The notes beneath the pieces are model-generated. The model searched no databases, was not told the DNA's origin, and saw nothing but the letters and a program-made list of their open reading frames with translations. A stretch of DNA of 64,000 nt, taken from NCBI RefSeq assembly GCF_001447785.1, contig NW_015174859.1, forward strand, positions 637,808 through 701,807. Direction: 5' to 3'. How positions within the stretch are numbered: the first letter of the stretch is position 1; the number at the start of each line of letters is the position of its first letter. The translations under genes were made by a program, and so were the position numbers. This DNA is from Gekko japonicus (lineage: Eukaryota). Shown here one piece after another: positions 37,897 through 51,640 of the stretch.

Positions 37897-38142
37897 AGTT
37901 CGATGGCCCACTGGCCTTGGACCGTCCTCCTCCTGGCCATCAGTGGCTTCTGCAACTTTGCCCAGAACGTCATTGCCTTCAGCATCCTGAACCTCATCAG
38001 CCCGCTGAGCTACTCTGTCGCCAACGCCACCAAGAGGATCACAGTCATCACAGTCTCCTTGATCATGCTCCGCAACCCTGTGACTACTACCAACGTGCTG
38101 GGCATGATGACGGCCATCCTGGGGGTGTTCTTATATAACAAG
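37897..38142 (+). CDS. SLC35E1: SLC35E1 exon 5
   Basis: tggcag|[29 protein letters not shown]...ILGVFLYNK|gtattg. Confidence 0.95.
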
Positions 38143-39192
38143 GTATTGATGTAACGGGCAGCGGAGAGCTGCGGCCTTTCCCATGGGGGAAACCATGGCC
38201 TGTGCAGCAGTGAACTGAGATGTAGGTCAGCTTCAGAGGTTACCATCCCTTTCCCTCTCCCTCTGGCCAGGAAGAGTTGCAGGGTGATCCTCATTGGGGC
38301 TGGTGGGTTTCTTCCTCACATCCTGTCCTGAAACACTGAGCACTTCCTCAGTTGTTTGGAAGCCCTGAATGAAATGGTAGAAGCAGCAGTCCCAGAGAAG
38401 TGGCATGCCCGTTGCCATCTTCCCAGGAAGGCTAAAGAATGACACTGTGTTATCTGCAGATAGAAATACACTGAGCCATGGTGGGCATTCACGTGTCTCC
38501 ACATCTCTGAGGGTGCTCTGGGCCTGATTCCAAGCAGGCAAAATCCAAGGGAAATCTGCCCATGCCTCCTTTTCATCTGTGTAGTCCTTCGCACACAACA
38601 CAACATATGGACATACGGAGCTGCTTTATAGTGAATCAGGCCATTAGTCCATCATCACAGTTAGTAATGTCTATTCAGACTGGCAATGGGTCTCCAAGAT
38701 CTCAGGTAGAAGTTTCCTTATATTGCCCACTGCCACATCTTTTTAACTGGAGATGCCAGGGATTGCTTACCAGGCAGATGCTTTACTAGTGAGCCACAGC
38801 CACTCCCATCTTCTGTAGCTGCCGCCTGTTGAGTCCATCTCTTGGTCCTTCTTGCTCTCTGATGAGCAGCAGTTCTTTCCAGCACCTGATATTAGCAATC
38901 CCTTTAACTGGAGATGCTGGGGCTTGAACCTGGGGCTGCCTTTCCCCCTCCCTCCCACGCAAGTGTACCCAGCCCAAACAAAAGCATTCTCCTTAATCCA
39001 TCCCTTTCAAGGTCCTTCTCTTGGAAAGGCTCCAAGCTGATCTGTTCGGCGTCTCTTATTAACCCTGTCCAGCAATCTATAGAGGCAAATTAGCTGGTAC
39101 GTTTTCAAGACCAGGAGATGCAGCCCTCGTTGAGAAATGCTCATGATGTGCTCTCTCTGAGAAAATAAAGCTTATAAACTTTTATTCTGCAG

Positions 39193-39426
39193 ACAAAGTA
39201 TGATGCAAACCAGGAAGCAAAGAAGCACTTCCTTCCAATGACAACAGGGGACCTTGTGAACCTGGAGCGTCACCGGAGCACGCCTGAGAAGTCTCAGAAT
39301 GGACTTGCATCATTCACACAACGTGGGGACTTCCAGTATGGCAGGAACAACGTTCTAACTGATCACTTTCAGTATAGCCGGCAAAGCTATCCAACTGTCT
39401 ACAACTCCAATCGGTATGATATATAG
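39193..39426 (+). CDS. SLC35E1: SLC35E1 exon 6 (terminal coding part)
   Basis: ctgcag|TKYDANQEAKKHFLPMTTGDL...DHFQYSRQSYPTVYNSNRYDI*. Confidence 0.95.
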   Translation, partial: TKYDANQEAKKHFLPMTTGDLVNLERHRSTPEKSQNGLASFTQRGDFQYGRNNVLTDHFQYSRQSYPTVYNSNRYDI

Positions 39427-42400
39427 TGTGTGGGGGCCTGTTCGTGGCACAGACTGTTGACGCAGGGTTTCCCCCCCCAGCATGCCTGTTGGGGCTTCAA
39501 AGAGACATCTTGGCTGCTTGTGTTGCACAAAGGAAGGTCCCTGCGCTAGAAGACTTGAGGGGCCTTTTCCCTCTGAAGTGGAGGCCTCTCTTTACCAAGC
39601 AGTTTCTCAATGGAAACAGGATGCTGCAGCAAGTTGTGTAGGACATCCTTGGGTGGAGACTGGCAAAGAAAGCAAGAGCCCCAGTCTTCATCTCTCTGTA
39701 GCTGCTGTGCCCCTGAACCTCTTGGTTGCTGGCAGCTATGTGGCCAGTATTTCATCTTGCAACCTCCCCACTGGATTGTGGATTTGCACGCTGCCTTGCT
39801 GTTTTGTTCAGAAGCTGCTTTCAGAGTGTAGTTTGCAAAGAGCAGCACTCCTTGTCCCTTCCTCTGTGAAGCTTCTTGACAAAGAGAAGTGAGAGTGGGT
39901 AGCACTTATGAGGTGGGGGCATGTGTGCGTGAATAGCTGTCTGTCTCGTCCTCTGGCTCACATATCATTGCAAAGGGGTGTTGGGAAAGGCCTTTGATGC
40001 TTTCAATTCAGTGTTGGTTCAGGTATGTAGGAGACAGAACAGTAGCGAGTTCAAAAGAATCATGTACCAGAAGGGTTTACTGTCATTAATGTGTGATATG
40101 GACCTCAAAGACTTCTGTTAGTTCCTTTCCCCTTTAAATCATGAGATCCAGCATCTTTTTCAGTGACCTGAGCAATAAAACACACTCCTCATTAAAGATG
40201 CACATTTGGAACAGTGCTAGCTTAAGCAGTCATAACCTTAGTGTTAACATTTTGCAATGGTGGAGACCTCAGATGCTGGGTATTTCCTGGATTTCTCTCC
40301 ATTTTGCAGGAAGTTGTGTGTGTAGGCATGTTTTCAATTGCTTTTCATTATGGTGTGTTACAGAACTTTGGCATCTGTATTGTAACTCAAGTGTATTTGT
40401 TTGGAGCACCTGCTGCTCTTGTTCAGGTTTCTCTTCTTTGGTGTATCTGGCCGTTTTCTGTTCCCCACCTGGCCCCAAGTCCTGCTTTTGGAGTTGGAGT
40501 GTCCAGCCATTGTATGGCACTGTTGTGAATTTAAGCCCAAATCAGTGCTTTNNNNNNNNNNNNNNNNNNNNNNNNNNNNNNNNNNNNNNNNNNNNNNNNN
40601 NGGAAGAGAGCTCTAGCTTTCAGAAGGCTGAAAGCAGATGCCTTCACTGGCCTTTTAAAAATAATCCACCTCTGTTCTCTCTCTCTCTCCCCCCCTCCCC
40701 CCTCCTCCCTCCTGGTTTAGACAAAGGTCTTTGTAAATTCAGCTGGACAGATATGAGCTCTCCCCGCATGAGTGTGTTGTTTCACCTGGAAGGGTGCTAC
40801 TGAGAAGCCATCCTGAAGCCTTCTTCAGCTGAGAGGAGGAGATTCATTCTGTGATAGGCTACTCTTGGGAGCACCAGAGTCTGGTTGAGAGCGATTCCGT
40901 GGCCCCGTTAGTTCAAGGGAACTAAGAACAGTCTCTGGGGCTCCTGATGGTACAGACTTAATTTTCCATCCTCTCTGGCTGGGTCTGCGTTTTTTCCGCT
41001 GTGGTCGCTGGGACGCTCCCCCCCCCCCCCCCCCCCTCCTCCCCGTTCTGCATCATGAGAGCTGCCCTGGCCGGGAGGGGCAAAATGGGACAGGAGATGC
41101 TGGTAGAAAAGGTTGACATCATTTAGTATTTTTTCCTTTATAAAGGGTGAGGTAAAGCCTTCCCCTCTGCCTGGATTACATGCAGGTGGTAGCTCTAATC
41201 CTGCAGCTTTCTCCATCAGAGTAGAAAGATGCTGAGGAAGATAGTCCTGGATTTGTGTTCTTCTTACTTGCCATTAGAGCGGTGTGTGTGTGTGGGGGGG
41301 GAGAGATGCCAGGGCTGTAAGAAGCCTGCATAAACATGGAGCCAGCTGTCACCTCCTGCATGAGTTAACACCTGATGCTCCCTCATTTGTCCATCACTCC
41401 CTTGCCAGAGGGCGACTGCAGCTGGATGTGACCCTTTGGCTTAAAACCATTGCAGGCTTGTAGAGGGCATTCGTACTGATTCTGCAGTTCCCATTTCTTT
41501 GCCATCTTTCCTGTTTTCTTGTTGTAAAATCTGCTTCGAGTTGTGGTGTTTTGGAGTTGAAAAAGTTTGGGGGAATGATGAGTGTTTGAAAGAGAGGAGG
41601 CCTAAGGGAGTGCAGGTGGAAGAGAGGCAGAAACAGCATGTAATTAGCAGTGGTATTTCACCTGCTGCCCCCAGAGATCTCCCGCCAGTGTCTTTTCATG
41701 GCATCAAGCATAAGCCATGCCCATCTTTCTCCACCGATTCACCTTGCCCACCGATTCGCCTTGGTTCATTCCCTTGGCATGTGGTTTTGCTAGACAGTAG
41801 GCTAGCAATCGCATTGCTGCTTAGGAGGCAGGAGTCTGTGAACCTTGTCTCCTGGAACTGTGTGTGTGTGGGGTGCCATCTACTTAGGCAAAAGGCTTGA
41901 TTGTGGTGGGAAGCCACCATCTCTGGCCACTCTCCTTGTTGGGCCAGCACAGCAGAGTCCCTTTTCAGAATCCAGGGAAATGTGTCAGGTATTCAGCCTC
42001 ATTCGGACATGCTTCAGTCTACAGATGGGCTGATGGAGTGAGCCGTATGTCTACCTGCTCATTTATACCTGTTTACTGAACAGTCTCCATGTTGTTGTGT
42101 TTTTAGAGCTGAATGTATTAAAAACTTGTGCAGCTGAGAAAACAAACGGATGTGTGGAAGAGAGCTGACTTTTTTTAAAAAAAGAAAAAAAACTTTCGGG
42201 GTTTGAGCTTCAGCTGAGCACATTGTAAATTACAGGGCCATTTTCTTCCTTACCGTTTCAAGGCCCTCCCTGACTTTTTAAAATGCAGAAGCTTCTTACA
42301 GGTGAATGGGACTGAGTGTGTGTCTGTGTGTATTTTCCAAGGCACTTATTTCCATTCTGCCACCGTGAACTCCTTGCATATCCTCAGCCTTGCCTTTGTG

Positions 42401-42716
42401 AGATGCAAGTGCCAGGATGGTCCAGTGGTGTAAATCCATATTTGTGGAGACTTTTGGTGGTCCTGCAGGAATGAAGATAGTCTGGAAAGGCTTGTTAATA
42501 CTGAGGCATGCTGGGAGAAGCGAGTGGGTGGGTTGTGGGGGCACATAAATATTAAAGTAGGCTCTTTGAGGCAAAAATAAGAATAGGATGATTCGTGCAG
42601 GACTTAAATGGGATGGAATGGGGGGGCTGTTTTAATTAGCATTGTTCCATGAAGCCACTGGAGGCATGAAGTGAAAATGACCTTTGTGGGGGGTTGGCGA
42701 GGAGATTTACTTTCAG

Positions 42717-43308
42717 CAGGGCTGGCCCAAGGGGTTTCTGCGCCCTAGGCAAGGCCGCCTCTTGGTGCCCCCTCAGATGCCAACCTCCTGGTGGGGCCTG
42801 GAGACCTCCCAGCTGGCCGCCTGTCTCACACCCGCTGCGGGCCCTGGGGGCAGTCCACCCACTCAGTCCCACCCCTGCCTCGCCTAAACCCCAAGGTGCA
42901 CACACAGAGAGGGGCCCTCCCAGGGAGGCTGCGGCGGGGCAGCTCCAGCAGGCATCAGCCTGGGCCTCCCCCCCTGGCCGGGCCACCTACCACCCCCCCG
43001 TCACGTCTGCCCACGCTCCTGCGCCCTCACCTATTGTTTTCCGCTGGTCGGCCGGCCAGGACACACGCGCTCTCCCGCCTTCGAGGGTCCGGCTGGCTTA
43101 AGGCGGCGGTGGTGAACAAGGCTGCTTGAAAGTCCTATCAGAGCTTCTCTCCCCACCCGCCACTCTGCCCACACTCTTTTTGGCTCCGCTGCTGCTGCGC
43201 CCCTCCGCGTCCTTTTGTCGGGGGGCCCCCGGGTCCTGTTTGGCACCCCTAAGGGCCGCCCGCACTCTAGGTGAATGCCTACTTCGCCTAGTGGGTGAGC
43301 CGGCTCTG
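42717..43308. mobile_element. GC-rich non-autonomous hAT element
   Basis: TIR CAGGGCTGGCCC / GAGCCGGCTCTG; 8-bp TSD ACTTTCAG. Confidence 0.85.
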
Positions 43309-44063
43309 ACTTTCAGTACCTTCTCCCTGCCTTGGCCCAAATGTCAGGTGGGGATTTCAGTCTGTGTGTGCATCATAAAGTTGAGGTTCCAGTTGGAAAT
43401 TGAGAACTTTCAGCTAGCGCTCTAGTCCGTCAATTCTGCCATCATAAGTGGGATCTGTTTCCAAAGAGAGAGGTGTGCTGAGGAATGTTAGATGCTAATA
43501 TCTGGGACCTTGGAGGGGCATCATCTCTCTAAATGGTTTGTAAATTGTATTTCATTGAGCTAAGTGTGGATGTACAGATTATGTATAAATGAACGTTGCT
43601 CCTGTCTCAAGTAGGATGAACTTTCAAGTTTTGTTTTCCATGTACAGCAATTGAGATTTTTTTTTAAGCCTAGGTGGCTAGTCGTGTTAGTCTGCAGGAG
43701 CTAAACAAAGCAAGTGTCCAGAGGCACTGCAGAGGTTAATAACAAATGTTTTTGCTAGTTGGTAAGATGCCACTGAACTCTTGTTTTTGTTTCAAGCCAG
43801 CAAACTTAAAACTGGGTGAACAGAAAAGGGTTTGAAATTATGCTTTTTAAATATTGAAAATGTAAATAAAGCAGAATCCTGTAAAATGAAAGTCTGTCTT
43901 GATTGAGTTGTTTTGGAAAGGGGGCTTTATTCCTGGTTAGAGATGTAAAATTTCTGGAAATTCTGAAGCCACAGAAAAAAAGCAGTTGGGGGGGGCAACA
44001 AATATTTTGGGGGAAATTGAAGTATGTGCAATGCTTGCTGTCCTACAAAATCTGAATTAATTT

Positions 44064-44354
44064 AAGAAGAAGAGAAGAGATTGGATTTATACCCTGCCCT
44101 TCACTACCTAGTCTCAGAGCAGCTTACAAACTCCTTTCCCTTCCCCTCCCCTCCCCACAACAGACACCCTGTGAGGTAGGTGGGGCTGAGAGAACTCTGA
44201 CAGGAACTGCTCTTTTTCAAGAACAGCTGTGCCAGAACTATGGCTTGCCCAAGGTCATCCAGCCAGGTGCAAGTGGAGGAGTGGGGGGGAGTGGGGAAAT
44301 CAAACCTGGTTCTCCCAGATTAGAGTCTGCGCACTTAACCACTACACCAAACTG
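44064..44354 (-). mobile_element. Squam3-like SINE, apparently nested in a TAGAGATG-type hAT remnant starting near 43878
   Basis: Family match. Confidence 0.85.
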
Positions 44355-44647
44355 TATCATTTATAACTTACTAAGTATATACAATTGCAATATTTGAAAT
44401 ATTTATGGAATTTAAGTTATTAGTGCCTTAGTTTTTGTCAAGCAAAGTTGTAAGTATACCTAGTACTTAAGAGAAAACCAGAAGCTGATGCACCCTATGC
44501 TCCCTGAATCTATACTTTTTTTGAAATAAGTTTTGCCTATCCCAAAAGCAGGAAAAATACAAATTAAACAGAAAACACAAGCTTTGTGTTAACATAAAAT
44601 ACATTGTTTGGCCAGAAATAAAGCTCGTACAAAGGGTTAATAATAGT

Positions 44648-44854
44648 CAATGTTCCCTCTAAGCTGTGGAGTCTTGTGAGCAAAAATTGTACTTTGTGAG
44701 CTACTCGTATTGAAGTTGTGAGCGAGCCATTTGGCTACTGCATAAATTAGTTTGCTCTGGAGCCATCCTTCCTGAGCTGAGACAAAAATCTGTGAGCGGG
44801 AGGCTAAAAAAACTGTGAGCTAGCTCACACTGACTCAGCTTAGAGGGAACACTG
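44648..44854 (+). mobile_element. hAT MITE
   Basis: Same TIRs; 8-bp TSD ATAATAGT. Confidence 0.9.
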
Positions 44855-45749
44855 ATAATAGTATCTGCACAGCTAACTGTAGTTCCACCTAGATACTGTC
44901 TTCTTCCTTCTGTGGCTACTGGTTAGAGAGCTCTAAGGGTTCTCCTCTGAGGCTTTAGTGCAGTTTCTACCTATCTCCTGATTTTTTTCCTCTCCAATAA
45001 GGTGGGGCAACAATGATACCCATTCTGTAGGTATATATTCAGGTGGGTAGCCACATTGGTCTGAAGCAAGAGGACAAAGTTTGAGTCCAGTAGCACCTTC
45101 AAGACCAACAAAGTTTAATTCTGGCACACACAAGCTTATACCCAGAATTAAACATTGTTGGTTTTAAAGGTGCCACTGAACTCAAACCTCGTTCTGTTGG
45201 TAAACTTGGTATTGGTTTGGGAGAGAGAGCTGACAAGAGCTCTCATGAAGATCAGGTATCCTTCTAGATGCAGAAATGCATTTTGTATTTAAGAGCCGTG
45301 TGTGCCTGCAGCGTGCCCACTCTCTTTAAAACAATGTCACTCCTTCTAAAAGACAAAACATTTCATAGGAATGTTTTTCAGTACTCCCCCCAATTTCCAG
45401 CTCTGTCAGAAAAACCAGGGCTGCAAGTGAGGAGTTTTGTAGCTGGTCCCCTACACCCCCTGCCCATCATCTGGTTTTCAGCCAATGACAGAGGCTTGAA
45501 CTGAAGGAGGCAGCAGTTTAAAACTCCCTTGAATTCCCAATTTGATTTGGGGCTGCTTGGAGGGGAGGGTGTTGGCTGATCAACGAGAGGTGCAGGGCTT
45601 TGTGCAAGGACACCCCCAGCCCTGGGTGGTTGGTGCTGTTCATTCCTTTTAGGACAACTGTGGAGACGAGACAAAAGAACAGCCCACTTCAACTGGACTG
45701 GAGCGGGTGCCTGATCCACCAGCGCAAAGGCATGACAAAACAGAAAATG

Positions 45750-46960
45750 ACTCCAGGGAACGCGAGAGCTGGGCACGAAGGCTAAATCCGCCTCCCGCCA
45801 TTCTGAGCGCCAGCGCGGTGGAGCGGTTAGCAGGTCAGGCTAACATCCGAGAGCCCCACGTTCGACCCCCCCCCCCGCTCCGCCATGGAAGCCGGCTGGG
45901 TGACCTGGGGCCACTCGCCCGCGACCTCGCAGGGGGAAAAGGTTAGAGGAGCACCAGTAAGCAGCTCTGAGTCCCGAGAGGGGGGGGGGGGGGGATATAA
46001 AAGAAGAATGTGATTAGGAAGGACAGGACGGCGGCACCCCCACCACCGCCTCTGGCCGCTCAGCTGTCGCGGCCCTCTCACTTGCGAACTTGACAAGTCA
46101 GTTCTGCAAGTGAATCCTGCATCGTTCGGGGATTCCTTCCGGTCCTGCATCCGCTGCCCCGCCGTTGGGACCCTGTCCGAGAAGCTCTCCTTCTCCCTGG
46201 GCCAAGCGGAGAAAAATCTCCCCGACGGCTCCCGCGGCACCAGAGGCGTTTCGCAGGAACGGCCCACTTCCCCCGCGCATCCGCACGACGCGACGGGCCG
46301 CGGCCGATTGTGGACTGGCAGGGGGAAATCCTGTGGGCGGGAGAACGGCTGGCTCCGCCCCTCCTGGGTGACCTGCCTCCCCCGCCGGAGCGGCCGTAAA
46401 GCACTCGCCGTGCGGCCGACGCAGGCGCAGTGGGCCGTCCCTGGCGTCTGGGCCGCGGTGCTTTACGGTTGGCGAGGGAGGCCCGGCGCGCGCTAGAGCA
46501 ACTTCCGCACCTTCGGCCGCCGCCATGGAGATGCCTCCGCCGCTGCCGCCTCCGCCAGAGGGTGAGGCCCGGAGGTCGGGGGGCTCCTTCTCAAAGTGTG
46601 GGCCGGTGACGTCATTACGAGTCCCCCGCCGCCTGTGTCTCTTCATGAGGCGGCGGTGGCTGGGCCTGATCTGGGGGTGGCGGTGGGGGATATTCTGCCC
46701 ATGTCCCGACCCGGCGCCTCGGGGCAGATGCAGAAGGGCGGGCGCCGGCTTCAGCTCCGCCAGCTCACCGGAACGGGAAGACTTCGTGCTTTGGCTTTCC
46801 GGGCCTCGAAGTGTTGCCTGGTGTCCTTTGCTTTTTGCTGTTTGTAGGGATGGTCCAGGTCCCCCCCCCCACCGGCCCTTTCTCAGCGGCAGGCACAGTG
46901 GTTGCCTCCACCCTGCCCGTTTATCGTCACAACAGCCCGGCGAGGGAGGCCGGCCCAAGA
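45750..46960 (+). promoter_or_regulatory. CHERP CpG-island promoter
   Basis: Dense CpG, GC boxes, ACTTCCGC ETS motif just upstream of GCCGCCATGG. Confidence 0.8.
46525..46561 (+). CDS. CHERP: Calcium homeostasis ER protein (SURP/CID/RS/G-patch splicing factor), exon 1 of 17
   Basis: gccgccATGG; MEMPPPLPPPPE-G|gtgagg. The 17 exons total 2760 nt = 919 aa with all phases consistent. Confidence 0.92.
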
Positions 46961-47852
46961 CTTAGCCAGGGTCACTCAGTTCATGGTTGAATTTGAGTGT
47001 GGCCCAAGGCCCAGGAAAGTAGTCTGAGATATATGCGAGTCCTGTAGCACCGTTGAGATCAACAAGACTTTAGGGGCATGGGCTTTCAAGAACCAGAGCA
47101 TCCTTCGTCAGATATAACACCTAGAATTCAAGTCAGTGCTTAGGTTTAAAACCCCTCAAGTGTGAACAGCTTGTAAAAACCAGCGGCAGAGGATTCAACA
47201 GAACAGAAATACTCAAAATTTATAGGAATAACTAGCTGGATAACAGATGCTGATACATCATGAATTGGACAAAAAAACTGGCAAGCACGGAGTTGACCGG
47301 GTGCCTTAATGTCCCAAAAGGGGGTTGCAAGCCAGAACTCCTTGAGGGCAGAGTTCCAGTGTGTTGGGAAGACCCCACCATTTGAGACCATCCACTGAAC
47401 CTCAGATGTTTAATATGTCCAGAGCATTTTACAGGCTCTATTTTTGGGGAGGCCTTAAGACAATCCTGCTATGTAGGACAGTTTCACTGTTCGCTCCGTA
47501 TTCTCTCAAGGGAGTAGCTTGTGAAAGGCTTCCTAATGAGTCCATGGCAGAAGTGAGGTTTGAAAGTTGGGGGGGGGGGATTCCTGTTGCAAAACTCAAG
47601 CTGCAGTCCTATGCATTCATCCCCAGGTGGAAGTCCGATTGGACCAGGGAATCTTACTTCTGACTAAACGTATAGCCTCTTTTAGGTTCAGAGTTTAGTG
47701 AGACAGAACAGTATTACCAATCAGCACCTGTGACCATGCATGGTTGCAATAACTTCTTGGGAGACCCTGCTTCTGCTATACCAAGCCAGGCAATATGTAG
47801 AGTTGTGTCCATTGTTTGCTGTGAGGTGATGGGTCTCTCTTTATCTCTCCAG

Positions 47853-48026
47853 ACCAGGAGCTGCGCAATGTCATTGACAAGCTAGCTCAGTTTGTTGCAC
47901 GGAATGGCCCAGAGTTTGAGAAGATGACGATGGAGAAGCAGAAGGAGAACCCCAAGTTTTCTTTCCTCTTTGGGGGTGATTTCTATGGCTATTACAAATA
48001 CAAGCTGGCCCTGGAGCAGCAACAGT
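47853..48026 (+). CDS. CHERP: CHERP exon 2 (SURP domain)
   Basis: ctccag|DQELRNVIDKLAQFVARNGPEFEKMTMEKQKENPKFSFLFGG...EQQQ|gtgagt. Confidence 0.96.
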
Positions 48027-49509
48027 GTGAGTTGGGGTGGAGAGGAGTGCAGGGGACTTTGAAGATGCCAATTATATACTGTCGTAGAGTGGTCCCATGT
48101 TTGCCTTCCATCATCCCCCCCCCCCAATTGGCACATTCCTTGGTTGTGGCTGCTTTGAGGAGCTGAGTACTATGAACTTTCTTAGCTAGCTAGAGATAGT
48201 TGCTTCCATTACACAGTTTCTTTTGTGTTGATAGTAAAAAGGTAAAGGCAGGAGGTGCTTTCCAGGCCTCTGTGGGGAACTCATTGGGGCCAGTCCTGAC
48301 TAGGAAATTCCTGGATATTCTGTGGTGCAGTTGAAGCCAGAGTTTGAGTAGGGGAGAGGCCTCAGCTGAATAGAATGCCACAAAGCCCACCCTCCAAAGC
48401 AGTTATTTTCACCAGGGGGGGAGAGATCTGTTGTCTGGAGTTCAGTTGTGATACCCAGCGATCTTCAGGCTCCACCTGGAGGTTGGCTACCCTAGGTGGA
48501 GCAGTTAGCTCTTCAGAGCAGGGTCTGCCAGACCCAGGCTCTTCCTGTGGAATTTGAGTGGATGATTTTGGACCAGTCACAGACTTTCAGCCTAACCTAC
48601 CTCAGGGTTGTTGTGCAGATCAAAAGGAGAGGAGAGTGATGTAAGCTGCTTTGGTCTCCACTGCGGAGAAAGACTGTACTTTTTCTCCTGAGGAACCATT
48701 GCTGCCAATCTCCAGGTGAGGGCTGGAGATCACTCAGAATTAAAACTGCTCTCTAAATGGCAGAGATCAGCTCCCCTGGAAAAAACGGCTGCTTTGCAGG
48801 GTGGACTCTGTGTCATTATATCCTACTGAGGTCGTTTCCCTCCTGCTTGGGTCCCCACTGTGGAGAAAGACTGTAGTTTTCCTAGGCAGACGCTACAGGG
48901 AGGGGGGAAGAGATGGAAACCTGACGTCAGAGGGGCAGATAACCGTACGTTGATGGTTGGCTCGAAAGGAAATAGGGTTGCCACCTCTGGGTTGGGAAAT
49001 TCCTGGACATTTGAGGGCTGGAGCCTGGAGAGAGTGGGGTTTGAGGAGGGGTGAGACCTCAGACAGGTACAAAGCCATAGACTTCACCCTCCAAACCAGC
49101 CATTTCCTCATGAGGAACCATTTTTGCCAGTCTCCAGAGGAGGGCTGGAGATCACTCAGAATTACCACCACTCTTCAGATGGCAGAGATCAGTTCCCCTG
49201 AAGAAAACAGTAAGCTCTGTGTTTACCTTGCTGAAGCAATCAGCCTCTGAATAACTCTGCTAGGTGTCAGCATCGGGGAAAGGCCTTGGCCGGCCTCTGC
49301 GCTCTGTTGCTGGCCCTGCAGAGTTGCTGGTTAGCCACTGTGATAGACAGGATGCAGGACTAGATGGACTGTTGGTCTGATCCATCAGAGCTGTTATGTT
49401 CTTACTCTCAGTTTTGAAAACATAGAGTAGCTGGGTGCACAAAACATTGGGCACTGGTGGGGATGGTTTCTTGGGGCTGTGCGTTATGTGTGTCTCCCCT
49501 CCCCAACAG

Positions 49510-49694
49510 TGCTGTGCAAGCAGAGCCAGGACATAGAGGCTGCCCCACAGATGCAGCCACTGCCCCAGCCGTCCTTGCCCCCTGTGGCCGCCCCCATTCC
49601 CACGTCTCCAGGGACCCCCTCTATGGAAGAGCTCATCCAGCAGAGCCAGTGGAATCTGCAGCAGCAGGAACAGCACCTTCTGGCTCTGAGACAG
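49510..49694 (+). CDS. CHERP: CHERP exon 3
   Basis: caacag|LCKQSQDIE...MEELIQQSQWNLQQQEQHLLALRQ|gtgagt. Confidence 0.95.
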
Positions 49695-50407
49695 GTGAGT
49701 GTGTGGACTCTGTGTGCATGCCATGGAAGCCACGGACCACTCTGAACCAATGCCCTGGCGTGTCTGTGCCCAGGTCTACATGACCAGGGCAGCTGGTGAG
49801 AAAGGCCTTGCCCGGAAAGTAGGATTCCCAGTTCTCCCTTCTGTGTGTGGTTTAGAAAGATGCACAGTGAGGAGCACTGCCTCTCATTTGCAGTAGTCCT
49901 GAATGAAAGTTGCTTCCCAGTGTCTTGGGAGATGTGCCCCCATCAGAGTAAGAAGTGACCACTGTCCAGCCCTGGGGCCTGAGGGCCTTTTGTGGGCAGG
50001 ATGTGAACTGTGGGCTGTTTGACTCTGGACATTTTTGACAAAGTGGGGCTGGGAACTGAGGCCGTGGGACTGGTCTGGTGATGTGTTGGTACCTTGTTCT
50101 GCAGCCATCTCTGGGCACAGCAGCTGGGCAGGGTGGAGGCAGGCTATGGAGACCACTGCCCTAGGTTAATGTCGCTTGTTGTTTGAGGAGTGGGTACCCA
50201 CGTTCCTCTCCAGAAGGAAAACGTCAGGGCCATCCGGGGCTTTGACTGAGCAGGAGGTCGCCCAGAGGAGCTCCTGCTGCAGCTGACCTGTGAGGGGGTG
50301 GGAGCTCAGCTTGGTTTCTGGCAGGAAGCCTGGAGCCCAGGGAGTGCCTGACGCTACCTCCTCTTCCTGGCTGGGGCTCACGGTCTCCTCCTGAACTGTT
50401 CCCTTAG

Positions 50408-50545
50408 GAGCAGATCAACTCTGCAATCACTCTGGCTGTCGAGCAGCAAATGCAGAAAGTCTTGGAGGAAACCCAGCTGGACGTGAATGAGTTTGACAAC
50501 CTGCTGCAGCCGATTATCGACACATGCACAAAAGACGCCATCTCG
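50408..50545 (+). CDS. CHERP: CHERP exon 4
   Basis: ccttag|EQINSAITLAVEQQMQKVLEETQLDVNEFDNLLQPIIDTCTKDAIS|gtaagt. Confidence 0.96.
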
Positions 50546-51018
50546 GTAAGTAGCATCAAAATTTCTGGAGTTGTGTGAGTGGAGACGGGCAGCGTGAGAC
50601 CCAAGGCAGTGCTTGGAAGAGCTCCAGCTGGTGTTTGGAATGGCAGGGGGGCGGGGGGGAGGATCCATACGAAAGGGATAGCTTCTGGCCATTCCAAAGA
50701 GGGGGAGAAAAGAACTATCAGATAATGGTGCAGAAGGAATCTTTGGGGTCAAGCAAATTCATGGAAAGGTCAGGGGAGACGGTGATTGGATGCTCTGAGC
50801 TTCCAGTCATGTCCTCCATGTGGGTGGGAGCAGAGAGCGGGGGTTGGTCCTCTCGTGCTGAGAGCCACTCCGGGGCCCAGAGCTCTCTCTGGAAATGCCG
50901 GTTTGGTCAACCTGAGCTTTCCCGTCCCTTCCTGGGCTGTCCTTGGCCCTGCTTGTTGGCTTGGGGTGTTTTGCCTCCCCCCGGGCCAGGGTCTGACTGC
51001 GTAGGTTTGTGTCCCAAG

Positions 51019-51170
51019 GCTGGCAAGAACTGGATGTTCAGCAATGCAAAGTCTCCCCAGCACTGCGAGCTGATGGCAGGGCACCTACGCAACCGCATCA
51101 CTGCCGATGGGGCGCATTTTGAGCTCCGGCTGCACTTGATCTACCTGATTAACGACGTGCTGCATCACTG
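51019..51170 (+). CDS. CHERP: CHERP exon 5 (CID domain)
   Basis: cccaag|AGKNWMFSNAKSPQHCELMAGHLRNRITADGAHFELRLHLIYLINDVLHH-TG|gtgagg. Confidence 0.95.
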
Positions 51171-51356
51171 GTGAGGTTGGGCTCTTTGTGCCGGGAGGGG
51201 GCGGAAGCGTCTAGGGGGGTGGCTGGAGCGAGCACTCTGCCTTAGCCACGCCTAATGGAATGGGGGGAGCGCCGAGCCACAGGAGCCTCTCGAGTTGTGC
51301 TGTGCCCCGCTCTGCCCTCCCCTCTGGCTGCAGCGGAGTTGGGACCCTTCCTCTCT

Positions 51357-51640
51357 CCAGTTTGGTGTAGTGGTTAGGAGCGCAGACTCTAATCTGGGAG
51401 AACCGGGTTTGATTCCCCACTTCTTCACGTGCAGCTGCTGGTGTGACCTTGGGTCAGTCGCAAGTTCTTTCAGAGCTGTTCTCTCAAGGGCAGTTCTTGA
51501 GAGAGCTCTCTCAGCCCCACCTACCTCACAGGGTGTCTGTTGTGGGGAGGGGAAGGGAAAGGAATTTGTAAGCTGCTCTGAGGCTCCTTTGGGTAGTGAA
51601 GGGCGGGGTATAAATCCAATCTCTTCTCTTCCTCCTCCTC
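51357..51640 (+). mobile_element. Squam3-like SINE abutting the CHERP exon 6 acceptor
   Basis: Family match; degenerate TSD CCTTCCT(C/T)TC. Confidence 0.9.
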
